Source: an uncultured bacterium (GTDB lineage Bacteria; Margulisbacteria; WOR-1; CAVSGV01). Taken from it: a stretch of 32,000 bases of DNA. Each line of letters starts with the position of its first letter. The stretch's first letter is position 1. The translations under genes were made by a program, and so were the position numbers. The notes under the pieces were generated by a model that was given only the letters and a program-made list of their open reading frames with translations, ran no database searches and was not told the origin of the DNA. Where the stretch lies: assembly GCA_963699255.1 (NCBI GenBank), contig OY969425.1, forward strand, positions 1,260,001-1,292,000, read 5' to 3'. Shown piece after piece: positions 15,999-25,011 of the stretch.

Positions 15999-16841
15999 TT
16001 ATTCTATGACGATATTATCTATCAATCTTGTCCTGCCGATGTACGCGGCCACTGCGATCAAAGTTTTTCCTTTGACCGACTTTTTCTCTTCGAGCGTCTT
16101 TGGATCGCATATCGATATGTAGTCGATCTTAAGTTTTGAGGTCTTCATCAATTTTGATATCGCGGCTTTGATCCTGGCAGCGCTTTTGACCCCCGATGCG
16201 GCGAGCGTTTTCGCGAACTTCAGCGCTCTGTTTATTACGAGGGCCCTCGATATTTCTTCTTTGCTCAGGTAGGAATTCCTTGAACTCATCGCGAGTCCGT
16301 TCTTCTCCCTTACCGTTGGCATTGAGACGATCTTCACATCCATGTTCAGGTCCGCCGCCATTCTCCTGATAATGACCAGCTGCTGAAAATCTTTCTCGCC
16401 GAAGTAAGCGGCGTCAGGCTGCACTATATTGAAGAGTTTCGCGACGATCGTCGCGACGCCTTTAAAATGCCCCGGCCTGGACGCTCCGCAAAGCTTATCT
16501 GACAGGCCTTTGACCTCGATATATGTGCCGTAGCCCTCCGGATACATCTCTTTAGCGGACGGGCAAAAGACCGCATCAACGCCGCTTTTTGAGAGAAGCG
16601 TGATGTCCCCCTTAATGTCCCTGGGATATTTCTTCAGGTCCTCCCTCGGCCCGAACTGGGTCGGATTGACGAATATGCTGACCACAACAGCGTCATTTTG
16701 TTTTTTCGCTTCCCTGACCAGGGAGATGTGGCCGTTGTGAAGATATCCCATTGTGGGGACCAGGCCGATGGAGCGGTTCTTTTTCCTTAGATCATAAGAA
16801 AGCCTCTTCATCGCCCTGACGCTTTTTATGATCTTGATCAT
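15999..16841 (-). CDS. panC: Pantothenate synthetase
   Basis: GLVPTMGYLHNGHISLVREAKKQNDAVVVSIFVNPTQFGPREDLKKYPRD...YFGEKDFQQLVIIRRM; ATG 16841 is the likely start. Confidence 0.96.
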   Translation of the reverse strand: MIKIIKSVRAMKRLSYDLRKKNRSIGLVPTMGYLHNGHISLVREAKKQNDAVVVSIFVNPTQFGPREDLKKYPRDIKGDITLLSKSGVDAVFCPSAKEMYPEGYGTYIEVKGLSDKLCGASRPGHFKGVATIVAKLFNIVQPDAAYFGEKDFQQLVIIRRMAADLNMDVKIVSMPTVREKNGLAMSSRNSYLSKEEISRALVINRALKFAKTLAASGVKSAARIKAAISKLMKTSKLKIDYISICDPKTLEEKKSVKGKTLIAVAAYIGRTRLIDNIVIE

Positions 16842-16988
16842 TTCTATTTGCCGAAGTATCCCCTGGCCATGAGCCATAAAAGAACAGCAAGCGCTACGGA
16901 GAACACTTTAAGGAGCAGATTATTGAATATCAGCGACCTGAAAAGGACTTTCATGACGGCACTATTTTATACCCGCGGAGGGATTACT

Positions 16989-19202
16989 TCAATTGAGAAT
17001 GTCTTCAGTGTATCCGCAGGCTTCGTTGACGCACAGCTTTTTCGCTTCGCTCTTTGTGCGTTTCTCCACCAGGATCCCGCCGCACTTGGGGCATTTTTCT
17101 TCCAGGGGCTTGTTCCACAGGGCGAATTTGCACTTCGGATAATTGCTGCAGCTGAAAAAGATCTTGCCTCTCTTTGATTTCCTCTCAACGATGTCGCCGC
17201 CGCACTGGGGGCATTTGATCCCCGTGGATTTCAATATCGGCTTTATGTTCTTGCATTCGGGGTATCCCGAGCAGGCGAGGAACGATCCGAACCGGCTGCG
17301 CTTCATGACCATCGGCTTGCCGCATTTTTCGCAGACCTCTTTCACTTCTTCCGCTTCCTTGCTCCCCGGCAGCGGCTTCGTGTTCTTGCACTTTGGATAT
17401 CCGGAGCACGCCATGAAGTCCCCGAACCTGCCGGACCTTATCATCATGGGCTTGCCGCATTTTTCGCAGATCTCGGTGGTCATTATCTCCTTCTTGATCT
17501 TTTCCATCCCTGTTTCCGCTTCCTGCAGCGACTTCTCGAACGGGCCGTAGAATTCCCTGAGCACCGACACCCAATCTACAGCTCCTTCAAGGATCTGGTC
17601 CAGTTTGTCCTCCATGTTCGCGGTGAATTCCACGTCCATTATCACGGGGAAGTGCTTCACGAGCTGCTCATTTACGGTAACGCCAAGCTCGGTAGGCTTA
17701 AGCGCCTTCCCTTCCTTCTCCACATAGCCCCGGTCCTGTATGGTCCCTATGATAGGTGAATAAGTGGAAGGCCTGCCGATACCTTTTTGCTCCAGTTCCT
17801 TGACGAGCGAAGCCTCGGTATATCTGGGCGGCGGCTGGGTGAAATGCTGGTTCGGAGTGATCTTAATCAGGTTCAGCTTCTGGCCTTCGCTCATTTCAGG
17901 GAGTATCCCCTCTTTCTCCTCTTCATCTCCTTCGTCATGCCCTTCCGTGTATACAGCGATGAAGCCGTTGAATTTTATTATCGAGCCGTTCGCCCTGAAA
18001 ACATAGCTACCGGCGGAAATATCCACCGCTGTCTGGTCGAGTACGGCCGATTCCATCTGTGAGGCGATGAACCTGTTCCAGATCAGTGTGTACAGCTTTA
18101 ACTGGTCCTGCGTCAGGCTCTTCGCGATGTCGGACGGCTTCTTGTCGAAATACGTCGGCCTTATGGCTTCGTGGGCGTCCTGGGCTTCTTTCTTCGCCTT
18201 GTATATCCTTGGTTCCTTGGGGACATAGTTCTGGCCGAAATCCCGCTCTATCAGCGCCCTTGCACCGTCCTGGGCTTCCTTGGCGACCCTTGTCGAATCC
18301 GTTCTCATGTAAGAAATAAGACCGGTCGTTGCGCCCTCCTCCAGCTCTATGCCTTCATATAACTGCTGGGCGATCACCATGGTCTTCTTCGTGGAATATC
18401 CGAGTTTCCTGTACGATTCCTGCTGCAGGGTGGATGTTGTGAAAGGCGGCGAAGGATTACGGCGCTGCTCCTTCTTTACGATCTTTGTAATGACGAAGTC
18501 TTTTCCGCCGAGCTCGCTTAATATGCCGTCCGCCGCTTCCTTGTTCGGTATGACCACTTTTTCGCCGTCTTTTGACAGAAGCTTTGAAGTGAACGTCTTA
18601 TCCCCGTCGGTTGAAAGGTCCGCCTCTATTGACCAGTATTCCTGCGGAACGAATTTCTTTACCAGCTCTTCCCTCTCGCAGATCAATCTCACCGCAACAG
18701 ATTGGACCCTGCCGGCGGAGAGCCCTTTCCTGATCTTTTTCCAGAGGAGCGGGGAAAGCTTGTAGCCCACTATCCTGTCGAGGATGCGCCTCGCCTGCTG
18801 GGCATCCACGCGCTTCATGTCTATCTCCCTGGGATTTTTTATAGCGTTAAGAACGGCGTTCTTCGTTATCTCGTTGAATTCAACGCGCTTTACTTTTCCG
18901 TCGCCGCCAAGTACCGCGGCAAGATGCCAGGCGATCGCCTCCCCTTCCCTGTCCGGATCGGGCGCCAGATAGACCATTTTCGCTTTTTTGGCCGCCGCCG
19001 CCAGAGCTTTTACCGCTTTTTCTTTTCCCTTGATGATCACGTATTTCGGTTCGAAGTCCTTTTCGATGTTCACGCCTATGTTCTTCTTTGGAAGGTCCCT
19101 TATGTGTCCTCCGGAGGCGGTGACCGAATAGTCAGGACCCAGGAATTTTTCCAGCGTTTTCGCTTTTGCGGGCGACTCAACTATAACAAGATTTTTCTTC
19201 AA
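16989..19202 (-). CDS. topA: DNA topoisomerase I with C-terminal zinc-finger repeats
   Basis: MKKNLVIVESPAKAKTLEKFLGPDYSVTASGGHIRDLP...LAPDPDREGEAIAWHL...GLISYMRTDSTR; four C-terminal CxxC modules. Confidence 0.97.
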   Translation of the reverse strand: MKKNLVIVESPAKAKTLEKFLGPDYSVTASGGHIRDLPKKNIGVNIEKDFEPKYVIIKGKEKAVKALAAAAKKAKMVYLAPDPDREGEAIAWHLAAVLGGDGKVKRVEFNEITKNAVLNAIKNPREIDMKRVDAQQARRILDRIVGYKLSPLLWKKIRKGLSAGRVQSVAVRLICEREELVKKFVPQEYWSIEADLSTDGDKTFTSKLLSKDGEKVVIPNKEAADGILSELGGKDFVITKIVKKEQRRNPSPPFTTSTLQQESYRKLGYSTKKTMVIAQQLYEGIELEEGATTGLISYMRTDSTRVAKEAQDGARALIERDFGQNYVPKEPRIYKAKKEAQDAHEAIRPTYFDKKPSDIAKSLTQDQLKLYTLIWNRFIASQMESAVLDQTAVDISAGSYVFRANGSIIKFNGFIAVYTEGHDEGDEEEKEGILPEMSEGQKLNLIKITPNQHFTQPPPRYTEASLVKELEQKGIGRPSTYSPIIGTIQDRGYVEKEGKALKPTELGVTVNEQLVKHFPVIMDVEFTANMEDKLDQILEGAVDWVSVLREFYGPFEKSLQEAETGMEKIKKEIMTTEICEKCGKPMMIRSGRFGDFMACSGYPKCKNTKPLPGSKEAEEVKEVCEKCGKPMVMKRSRFGSFLACSGYPECKNIKPILKSTGIKCPQCGGDIVERKSKRGKIFFSCSNYPKCKFALWNKPLEEKCPKCGGILVEKRTKSEAKKLCVNEACGYTEDILN

Positions 19203-19225
19203 ACATTCCTCCTTGGATAAACTTA

Positions 19226-19252
19226 GGAACCTGAGAATAAATTCTCGGTTCC
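19226..19252. repeat. GGAACC...GGTTCC hairpin, copy 1
   Basis: GGAACC-T-GAGAAT-AA-ATTCTC-GGTTCC: 12 paired bases, single T bulge. Confidence 0.9.
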
Positions 19253-19274
19253 AGCTTATTAGAACCTCTCGATT

Positions 19275-19301
19275 GGAACCGCGACTTTAGTCGCGGGTTC
19301 C
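19275..19301. repeat. GGAACC...GGTTCC hairpin, copy 2
   Basis: GGAACC-GCGACT-TT-AGTCGC-G-GGTTCC. Confidence 0.9.
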
Positions 19302-19382
19302 AGTTTTCGAGTTAAAAAACTTACGAATACTATCAGATATGTATCTGATGTGTCAAATAGGATAAAAGATCAGGCCGCGTGT

Positions 19383-21098
19383 TCAGGTCCTGCCGAACAT
19401 CTTTTCCAGGTCTGATCTTGATATCCTGACAAGCGTGGGACGCCCGTGCGGGCAGGTAGTGGGATTGCCTGTCGCGTAAAGTTCTCTCACAAGGCCGTCC
19501 ATTTCATCATAGGAAAGCCTGTCCCCGGCTTTCACGGCTGCTTTGCAGGCCATCATTTTCCATATGGCTTCCCTGCGTTCGTCAACGGCCTTTATCTTGA
19601 ACGACGAACTTAGCTCGGATAGTATCCCGGAGATAGCGGAATCGATATCCCGGGTCTTAAGGGCCGCCGGCATTCCCCTTACAAGGACAGTGTTCTTTCC
19701 GAACGCTTCGATCTCAAACCCGAGATCAGATATTTCTTTCAGGTTTTCGGAGATCAAGGTGAATTCTTTTGGTTCGATCTCCAGGGTTTTTGGTATAAGA
19801 AGGTTCTGGGTCCCGGCAATTACCTTGTTCTTTATCTTCTCATACATTATCCTCTCGTGCGCCGCATGCTGGTCGATAAGTATCAGGTCCTCACCCTTAG
19901 CCAGTATTATATATGTAAGGTTAAGTTGAAATAATGGTCCTGTTTGGTCATTGGTTCGTTCATTTGTAGTTGGAAATTGAGAATTAATTGGAAATTGGTT
20001 ATTGGTCATTGGCAGCTCTTCAAGTATCTTCATCATTTCAGGCTTCCAGTTTTGATCCTGGCTGAACTGCCCTCCTCCGTATGTGCTGGATCCCTGCTTT
20101 AATCCGACCTCTGAAAGCGCCGCTGATACGGACGAGGTGATCGCCCTCATGGCGACATCAGGCCTGGAGAACTTGATCTCTCTTTTTGTCGGATGGACGT
20201 TAACATCGATATCCGCCGGATCTATGTCAACGAATATCACCGCGACCGGATATTTATCGCCGGGGATGAGCGTCCTGTAGGCATCCTCAAGAGCCCTTGA
20301 TAAAAGGGCGTTCCTGACGAACCTTCCGTTAACAAAAAACGACTCTCCGTACCTGTCGGATTTTGTTATGACAGGCTGCGTAGTATACCCATGAATTTTC
20401 AAATCTCTAATCTCCGATCTCTCATCTCCTATTTTAATCATCGCCTTAGCCATATCGGCCCCGTAGACCGACGCGACAGCATCAAGCAGATTACCGGACC
20501 CTACCGAAGACAGGACCTCCCCGCCGTCGCTCTTGAGGCTGAAAGAGATCTGCGGGTTCGACAGTATGAATTTTGAAACAATGTCAACGATATGGGAAAG
20601 TTCCGTTGTCTTGCTTTTCTGGAATTTAAGCCTGGCGGGGGTATTGAAAAAAAGCTCTTCGACCGTAACGGATGTGCCCACAGGGGCCCCAGCGCTTTCC
20701 TGGGACCTTATCTTTCCGCCCTCCACCTTGATCCTTGTCCCGTTCGATCCGCTTTCGTTGGTGACCAATTCGAATCTGGAAACGCTGGCGATGCTCGGAA
20801 GCGCCTCGCCCCTGAAGCCCAGCGTCCTTATTGAAAAAAGGTCATCTGCGTTCTTCAGCTTGCTTGTAGCGTGCCTCTCTATCGAGAGTTTAGCGTCTTC
20901 AGGATCCATCCCAGAGCCGTCGTCAGTGACTTTGATGGATTTTCTCCCGCCGTCGGAAACTTCTATCGATACTCTCCTGGCTCCCGCATCGATCGAATTC
21001 TCCACAAGCTCTTTTACAACAGAGGCGGAGCGTTCAATGACCTCTCCCGCGGCTATTTTTGAGACCAGCGTTTCTTCAAGGATTATTATCTTGTTCAT
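19383..21098 (-). CDS. mutL: DNA mismatch repair protein MutL
   Basis: IIILEETLVSKIAAGEVIERSASVVKELVENSIDAGA...DDGSGMDPEDAKLSIERHATSKL...TLGFRGEALPSIASVS; C-terminal CPHGRPTLVRISRSDLEKMFGR. ATG 21098 likely start. Confidence 0.96.
   Translation of the reverse strand: MNKIIILEETLVSKIAAGEVIERSASVVKELVENSIDAGARRVSIEVSDGGRKSIKVTDDGSGMDPEDAKLSIERHATSKLKNADDLFSIRTLGFRGEALPSIASVSRFELVTNESGSNGTRIKVEGGKIRSQESAGAPVGTSVTVEELFFNTPARLKFQKSKTTELSHIVDIVSKFILSNPQISFSLKSDGGEVLSSVGSGNLLDAVASVYGADMAKAMIKIGDERSEIRDLKIHGYTTQPVITKSDRYGESFFVNGRFVRNALLSRALEDAYRTLIPGDKYPVAVIFVDIDPADIDVNVHPTKREIKFSRPDVAMRAITSSVSAALSEVGLKQGSSTYGGGQFSQDQNWKPEMMKILEELPMTNNQFPINSQFPTTNERTNDQTGPLFQLNLTYIILAKGEDLILIDQHAAHERIMYEKIKNKVIAGTQNLLIPKTLEIEPKEFTLISENLKEISDLGFEIEAFGKNTVLVRGMPAALKTRDIDSAISGILSELSSSFKIKAVDERREAIWKMMACKAAVKAGDRLSYDEMDGLVRELYATGNPTTCPHGRPTLVRISRSDLEKMFGRT
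19935..20013. repeat. TTGG(T/A)NATTGG-type low-complexity repeat inside mutL linker
   Basis: GGTCCTGTTTGGTCATTGGTTCGTTCATTTGTAGTTGGAAATTGAGAATTAATTGGAAATTGGTTATTGGTCATTGG; encodes MTNNQFPINSQFPTTNERTNDQTGP. Confidence 0.7.
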
Positions 21099-22402
21099 GA
21101 TTCTACTATCAGGGGGCTTGCTGAAAGGCTGTTTATGATCGACGCGAATCCGGGAAAGGATGTTTCTATGCACTCTATTTTTTCGACCACGACCTTATCG
21201 GAGGCGGCCAGACCCGCTATTGCCGATATCATCGCTATCCTGTGGTCACCGTAGCTCTGGCATATTCCCTTTTTCAGTTTAGTCGGCCCGTATACAATGA
21301 TGCCGTCCCTTGCTTCCTCAATGTTCGCGCCCAGCCGCCTCAGCTCATGGACCGTCGTCTTTATCCTGTCGCTTTCCTTGAAGCGAAGCTCCTCCGCGCC
21401 CTTTATGACGGTCTTGCCCTTTGCCTGCGTCGCGGCAACAGCGATGACCGGGATCTCGTCTATGATCTTCGGTATTATGCTTCCGCTCAGCTCCGTCGCG
21501 TTCAGCTGGGAGAACCTGACGGATATGTCCGCCACGGGCTCGTTGGACAGTATCCTTTCGTTCCTGACTTCGATGCCTGCGCCCATCCTGTGAAGGACAT
21601 CGATAATGCCCGTCCTTCCGGGATTTACGCCTACGTCCCTTATCAATATATCCGATCCCGGAACGATGGATGCCGCGACCATAAGGAAAGCTGCGCTTGA
21701 AATGTCGCCCGGAATCGACACTTTTTTGCCGCTGAATTCATTTCCGCCCTCGATGGATATTTTTTTGTCCTCCAGTTTTATGGCGGCGCCGAAATATTCC
21801 AGCATCCTCTCGGTGTGGTCCCTTGTCGGCTCTTTTTCCACTACCGTAGTCGTGCCTTTAGCATACAGTCCGGCCAGAAGCACCGCGGATTTGACCTGGG
21901 CGCTCGCCATTGGCATTTCGTATGTGATCCCCTTAAGTTCCTTGCCAATTATGACAAGCGGAGCAAGATTATCCCTCTGCCTTCCGTGGACCACGGCTCC
22001 CATTTTCTTAAGCGGCTCCACAATTCTTCCCATGGGCCTTCTTCTTATGGTCTCGTCACCTGTCAGCGTTGAGTGGAATTTCTGCCCGGCAAGTATTCCG
22101 GCAATAAGCCTGATAGTGGTGCCCGAATTCCCGACGTCAAAGACGTCCGTGGGCTCGTGCAGGCCCATCAGCCCTTTCCCTTTCACGGTCACGGTGCCGT
22201 CCTCAAAGTCTATTTCAATGCCCATCTTCCTGAAGCAATCGATGGTCCTCATGCAGTCATCGGACCTGAGGAAATTCTCGATATTGGTATCGCCCTTCGC
22301 GATGGAGCCGATAATGACCGCCCTGTGGGATATGGACTTGTCTCCGGGAACCTTCACTTTGCCTTGAAGCTGTTCAGCCTGGTTTACGATGTACTTTTTC
22401 AT
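21095..22402 (-). CDS. aroA: 3-phosphoshikimate 1-carboxyvinyltransferase (EPSP synthase)
   Basis: LQGKVKVPGDKSISHRAVIIGSIAKGDTNIENFL...DVGNSGTTIRLIAGILAGQ...GDETIRRRPMGRIVEPLKKMGA. Confidence 0.97.
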   Translation of the reverse strand: MKKYIVNQAEQLQGKVKVPGDKSISHRAVIIGSIAKGDTNIENFLRSDDCMRTIDCFRKMGIEIDFEDGTVTVKGKGLMGLHEPTDVFDVGNSGTTIRLIAGILAGQKFHSTLTGDETIRRRPMGRIVEPLKKMGAVVHGRQRDNLAPLVIIGKELKGITYEMPMASAQVKSAVLLAGLYAKGTTTVVEKEPTRDHTERMLEYFGAAIKLEDKKISIEGGNEFSGKKVSIPGDISSAAFLMVAASIVPGSDILIRDVGVNPGRTGIIDVLHRMGAGIEVRNERILSNEPVADISVRFSQLNATELSGSIIPKIIDEIPVIAVAATQAKGKTVIKGAEELRFKESDRIKTTVHELRRLGANIEEARDGIIVYGPTKLKKGICQSYGDHRIAMISAIAGLAASDKVVVEKIECIETSFPGFASIINSLSASPLIVES

Positions 22403-23254
22403 TTGTATATGGAATCCCTGAAATCCTTTATTTGCGAAAGCTTTTCCTGGATCAGCGCGGCGTTCCCCTGTTTTATGAGCTTTTCGATCTCCGAAAGCGA
22501 CTTTTTGAACGAGCTCAGCGAGGAAAGCACCGCTTTTTTATTTGTTATGAACATGTCCGTCCCAAGGCTAGGGTCGCCGGACGCTATTCTTGTGGTATCG
22601 CGGAAGCCGGAAGCGGCGAACTGGGTCATGCTTGAGCTGAATTTATCCGAACTGAGAACTGAATCAACCAGCGCGGCGGCCACGGCAACGGGCATATGGC
22701 TTATGCCGGCGACTATACAGTCGTGAAAATCGGGATCAAGGACATGAACCTTTGCTCCAAGCTTAGAAATTAAGGTCTTTAAAATATTCAAAGACTTGAT
22801 GTCCGTTTTTGCCGTCTTGGTCAAGATGTAATTCTTGCCTTCAAGCAAACCGGTTTCCGCGTGCTCAAGCCCGACTTTTTCCTTGCCTGCCATCGGATGA
22901 CCGCCGACAAAGAAGTATCTTTTTCCTCGCAAGTTTTTCCGCTTCCTTTACTATTAACGCCTTCGAGCTGCCGACGTCGGTGATTATCGCCCCGGGTTTA
23001 ACGAACTGGATTATCTTGCTGATCTCCGGAACTATCAGGTGGATCGGATAACAAATGAATATGATATCCGCTTCCTGTATTATTCCTTTTATGTTGGTGG
23101 ACGCGTAATCAACGGCTTTCATCTTAACTGCGAGAGCCGCTTTTGCTGGTTCCCTGGTAAGGCCGATAACTCTCGCGAGTTTCTTCTTCCTGATGGCCAT
23201 CCCGAGGGAGCCGCCGATGAGTCCGAGGCCTACTATAGTGACCTTTAGCTGCAT
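22399..23254 (-). CDS. tyrA: Prephenate dehydrogenase, apparent frameshift near 22920-22938
   Basis: N-part VTIVGLGLIGGSLGMAIRKK...DVGSSKALIVKEAEKLA (22865..23254); C-part in the next frame RGKRYFFVGGHPMAGKEKVGLEHA...FRDTTRIASGDP (22399..22932). Confidence 0.88.
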
Positions 23255-23297
23255 AAGGTTATTTTAGGGGATATATATATGTTAGTCAAATGCAGTA

Positions 23298-23319
23298 AAG
23301 AGATGCGAGATGCGAAAAG
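23298..23319. repeat. GAGATGCGAGATGCGAAAAG short repeat copy
   Basis: AGAGATGCGAGATGCGAAAAG, same word family as 5430-5452. Confidence 0.6.
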
Positions 23320-23330
23320 TTATGTATATA

Positions 23331-23717
23331 TTATTTTACGGTAATTTTAAGGTCAAATGTTCTCGCCGGCGCAAGTTTCTCCCACCGCCTGCGGTATGCG
23401 AACTTTAACTCGGTTTTACCGGACCTTACGGCTTTATAATGAAAAGTGAACTTGCCTCCCGAACCGATCAATTTAGATTTAGACCTATATTCCGGATCTT
23501 TTATCTGTTTAAGAACTTGTGAAGTGTCTACTGCCGCATCCCATGTGTACCCGGTCGTCGGGTTACCCTCAAGGACTATGTTAAAGCATCCGCCGGACTT
23601 TAGCTCAATGTTCTTGCCGGAATCGGAAGCCGTGATCTCAATTTGTTTTTTTGGGGAGCAGGCAAGACCGCACAGCATGAGGAAAACCATTAGCAATGGG
23701 ACATTCTTTCGTAACAT
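23331..23717 (-). CDS. Chagasin-like (I42) peptidase inhibitor, lipoprotein
   Basis: Lipobox LMLCGLACS; FNIVLEGNPTTGYTW and GSGGKFTFHYKAVRSGKTELKFAYRRRWE motifs. Confidence 0.8.
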   Translation of the reverse strand: MLRKNVPLLMVFLMLCGLACSPKKQIEITASDSGKNIELKSGGCFNIVLEGNPTTGYTWDAAVDTSQVLKQIKDPEYRSKSKLIGSGGKFTFHYKAVRSGKTELKFAYRRRWEKLAPARTFDLKITVK

Positions 23718-23739
23718 CAGGTTCTCCTTCCAAATCTTG

Positions 23740-24285
23740 TCATGATCCGAACAACATGTACCAGAGGCCCGATGCAACGGTCCGGCCCGCTTTGATCTCG
23801 CTTGATATCAGGTCTTTTATGCCGCGCTTTTCGCAAAGCACAACTTCTATCTGCTCCTCCGGCTCCAAATCCTGGACAGGATACTTATTGCGCGGATCGC
23901 TTTCATCGATCTCAACCGATACCATATGCACATCGTCGTCTATCAACGCCGGGCTTAATTTGAAGGAGGGGCTGACCTCAACGATCCTGCCGGTATAACC
24001 GGTTTCTTCCTTAAGTTCCCTTAATGCTTCCCCCGCTATATCCTTCCCCTCGGACAAACCCGCAGGGAAGCCGAGCACGAAGTTGTCTATCGGCGGACGG
24101 AACTGCCGGATAAGCACATACCTGTTCGAAGGCTTCATCACGCCTATCACCACGATGACGGACCTCTTGCTCTTCCTGGTCACGCTCTCCCACTTTACCT
24201 CTTTGCCGTCACGGGAGAGGAATGTCGATTCTTTTAACGAAAGAAAATCGCCGCGGCACAGTACCTTCTCGCTTATCTTTTTCAT
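23740..24285 (-). CDS. NUDIX hydrolase (ADP-ribose pyrophosphatase-like)
   Basis: Nudix box GLSEGKDIAGEALRELKEETGYTG, preceded by VLGFPA. Confidence 0.92.
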   Translation of the reverse strand: MKKISEKVLCRGDFLSLKESTFLSRDGKEVKWESVTRKSKRSVIVVIGVMKPSNRYVLIRQFRPPIDNFVLGFPAGLSEGKDIAGEALRELKEETGYTGRIVEVSPSFKLSPALIDDDVHMVSVEIDESDPRNKYPVQDLEPEEQIEVVLCEKRGIKDLISSEIKAGRTVASGLWYMLFGS

Positions 24286-24302
24286 TTCTTATTTCAATCC
24301 TT

Positions 24303-24920
24303 CTAACTTTTCCTGTTGTGTCTCTTGATATGTTTGTAAACGAAATATCCGACCAGAGCGGCCAGAAGCAGCAGTACGGCAGCGTCAATGTATCTGCTGT
24401 ATCTCATGACAGCTTCCCAGTTGTTCTTAAGGTAAAACCCGGAAAACGCCAGGAAGCCGTTCCAGAGCCCCGCTCCCAGCGCCGTGAACAGGTAGAACTT
24501 CAGGAAATCCATTCTTGCGAATCCCGCGGGAATAGAGATCAGATGGCGCACGACCGGGATGAACCGGCCTATGAAGATGGTCGCCTCGCCGTATCTATTG
24601 AAGAATTTTTCTGTGGCGTCCAGCTCTTCCTTATCGAGCAGCAGGAACTTTCCGTACCTGTGGATCACGGCCTTCTCGCAATAATATCCTATGGCATACG
24701 AGATAGCGGATCCCACAAGGCTTCCCGCCGTGCTGACCAGCACCACCCAAAAAAATGTGAACTTTCCATCCGCCACAAGGAATCCCGCAAAAGGCATTAC
24801 CGCCTCGCTGGGGACGGGCAGCACCATGCTCTCCATTACCATCGCGGCAAAAACAGTGATGTATCCGGTGCTGTACATGAAGTGTGAGATATGTGATGCC
24901 AAAAACTCAGTTAAGCCCAA
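24303..24920 (-). CDS. DedA family membrane protein
   Basis: VFAAMVMESMVLPVPSEAVMPFAGFLVADG...FFNRYGEATIFIGRFIPVVRHLISIPAGFARM. Confidence 0.92.
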   Translation of the reverse strand: MGLTEFLASHISHFMYSTGYITVFAAMVMESMVLPVPSEAVMPFAGFLVADGKFTFFWVVLVSTAGSLVGSAISYAIGYYCEKAVIHRYGKFLLLDKEELDATEKFFNRYGEATIFIGRFIPVVRHLISIPAGFARMDFLKFYLFTALGAGLWNGFLAFSGFYLKNNWEAVMRYSRYIDAAVLLLLAALVGYFVYKHIKRHNRKS

Positions 24921-24941
24921 CTACAGCTCCTTAATAAATAA

Positions 24942-25011
24942 GAGACGTGAGATGTGAGATGGGAGATGCGATAAAACAAATTCCTTTCGCACTTCACATC
25001 CCTCATCTCAC
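24942..25011. repeat. GTGAGATG-type imperfect inverted repeat element
   Basis: GAGACGTGAGATGTGAGATGGGAGATGCG (24942-24970) opposed by CGCACTTCACATCCCTCATCTCAC (24988-25011). Confidence 0.75.

Noticed and set aside
17143-17574. ORFs on both strands overlapping the topA C-terminus
   Set aside because: They are alternate-frame shadows of the Cys/Gly-rich zinc-finger repeats of topA; no RBS and no recognisable family.
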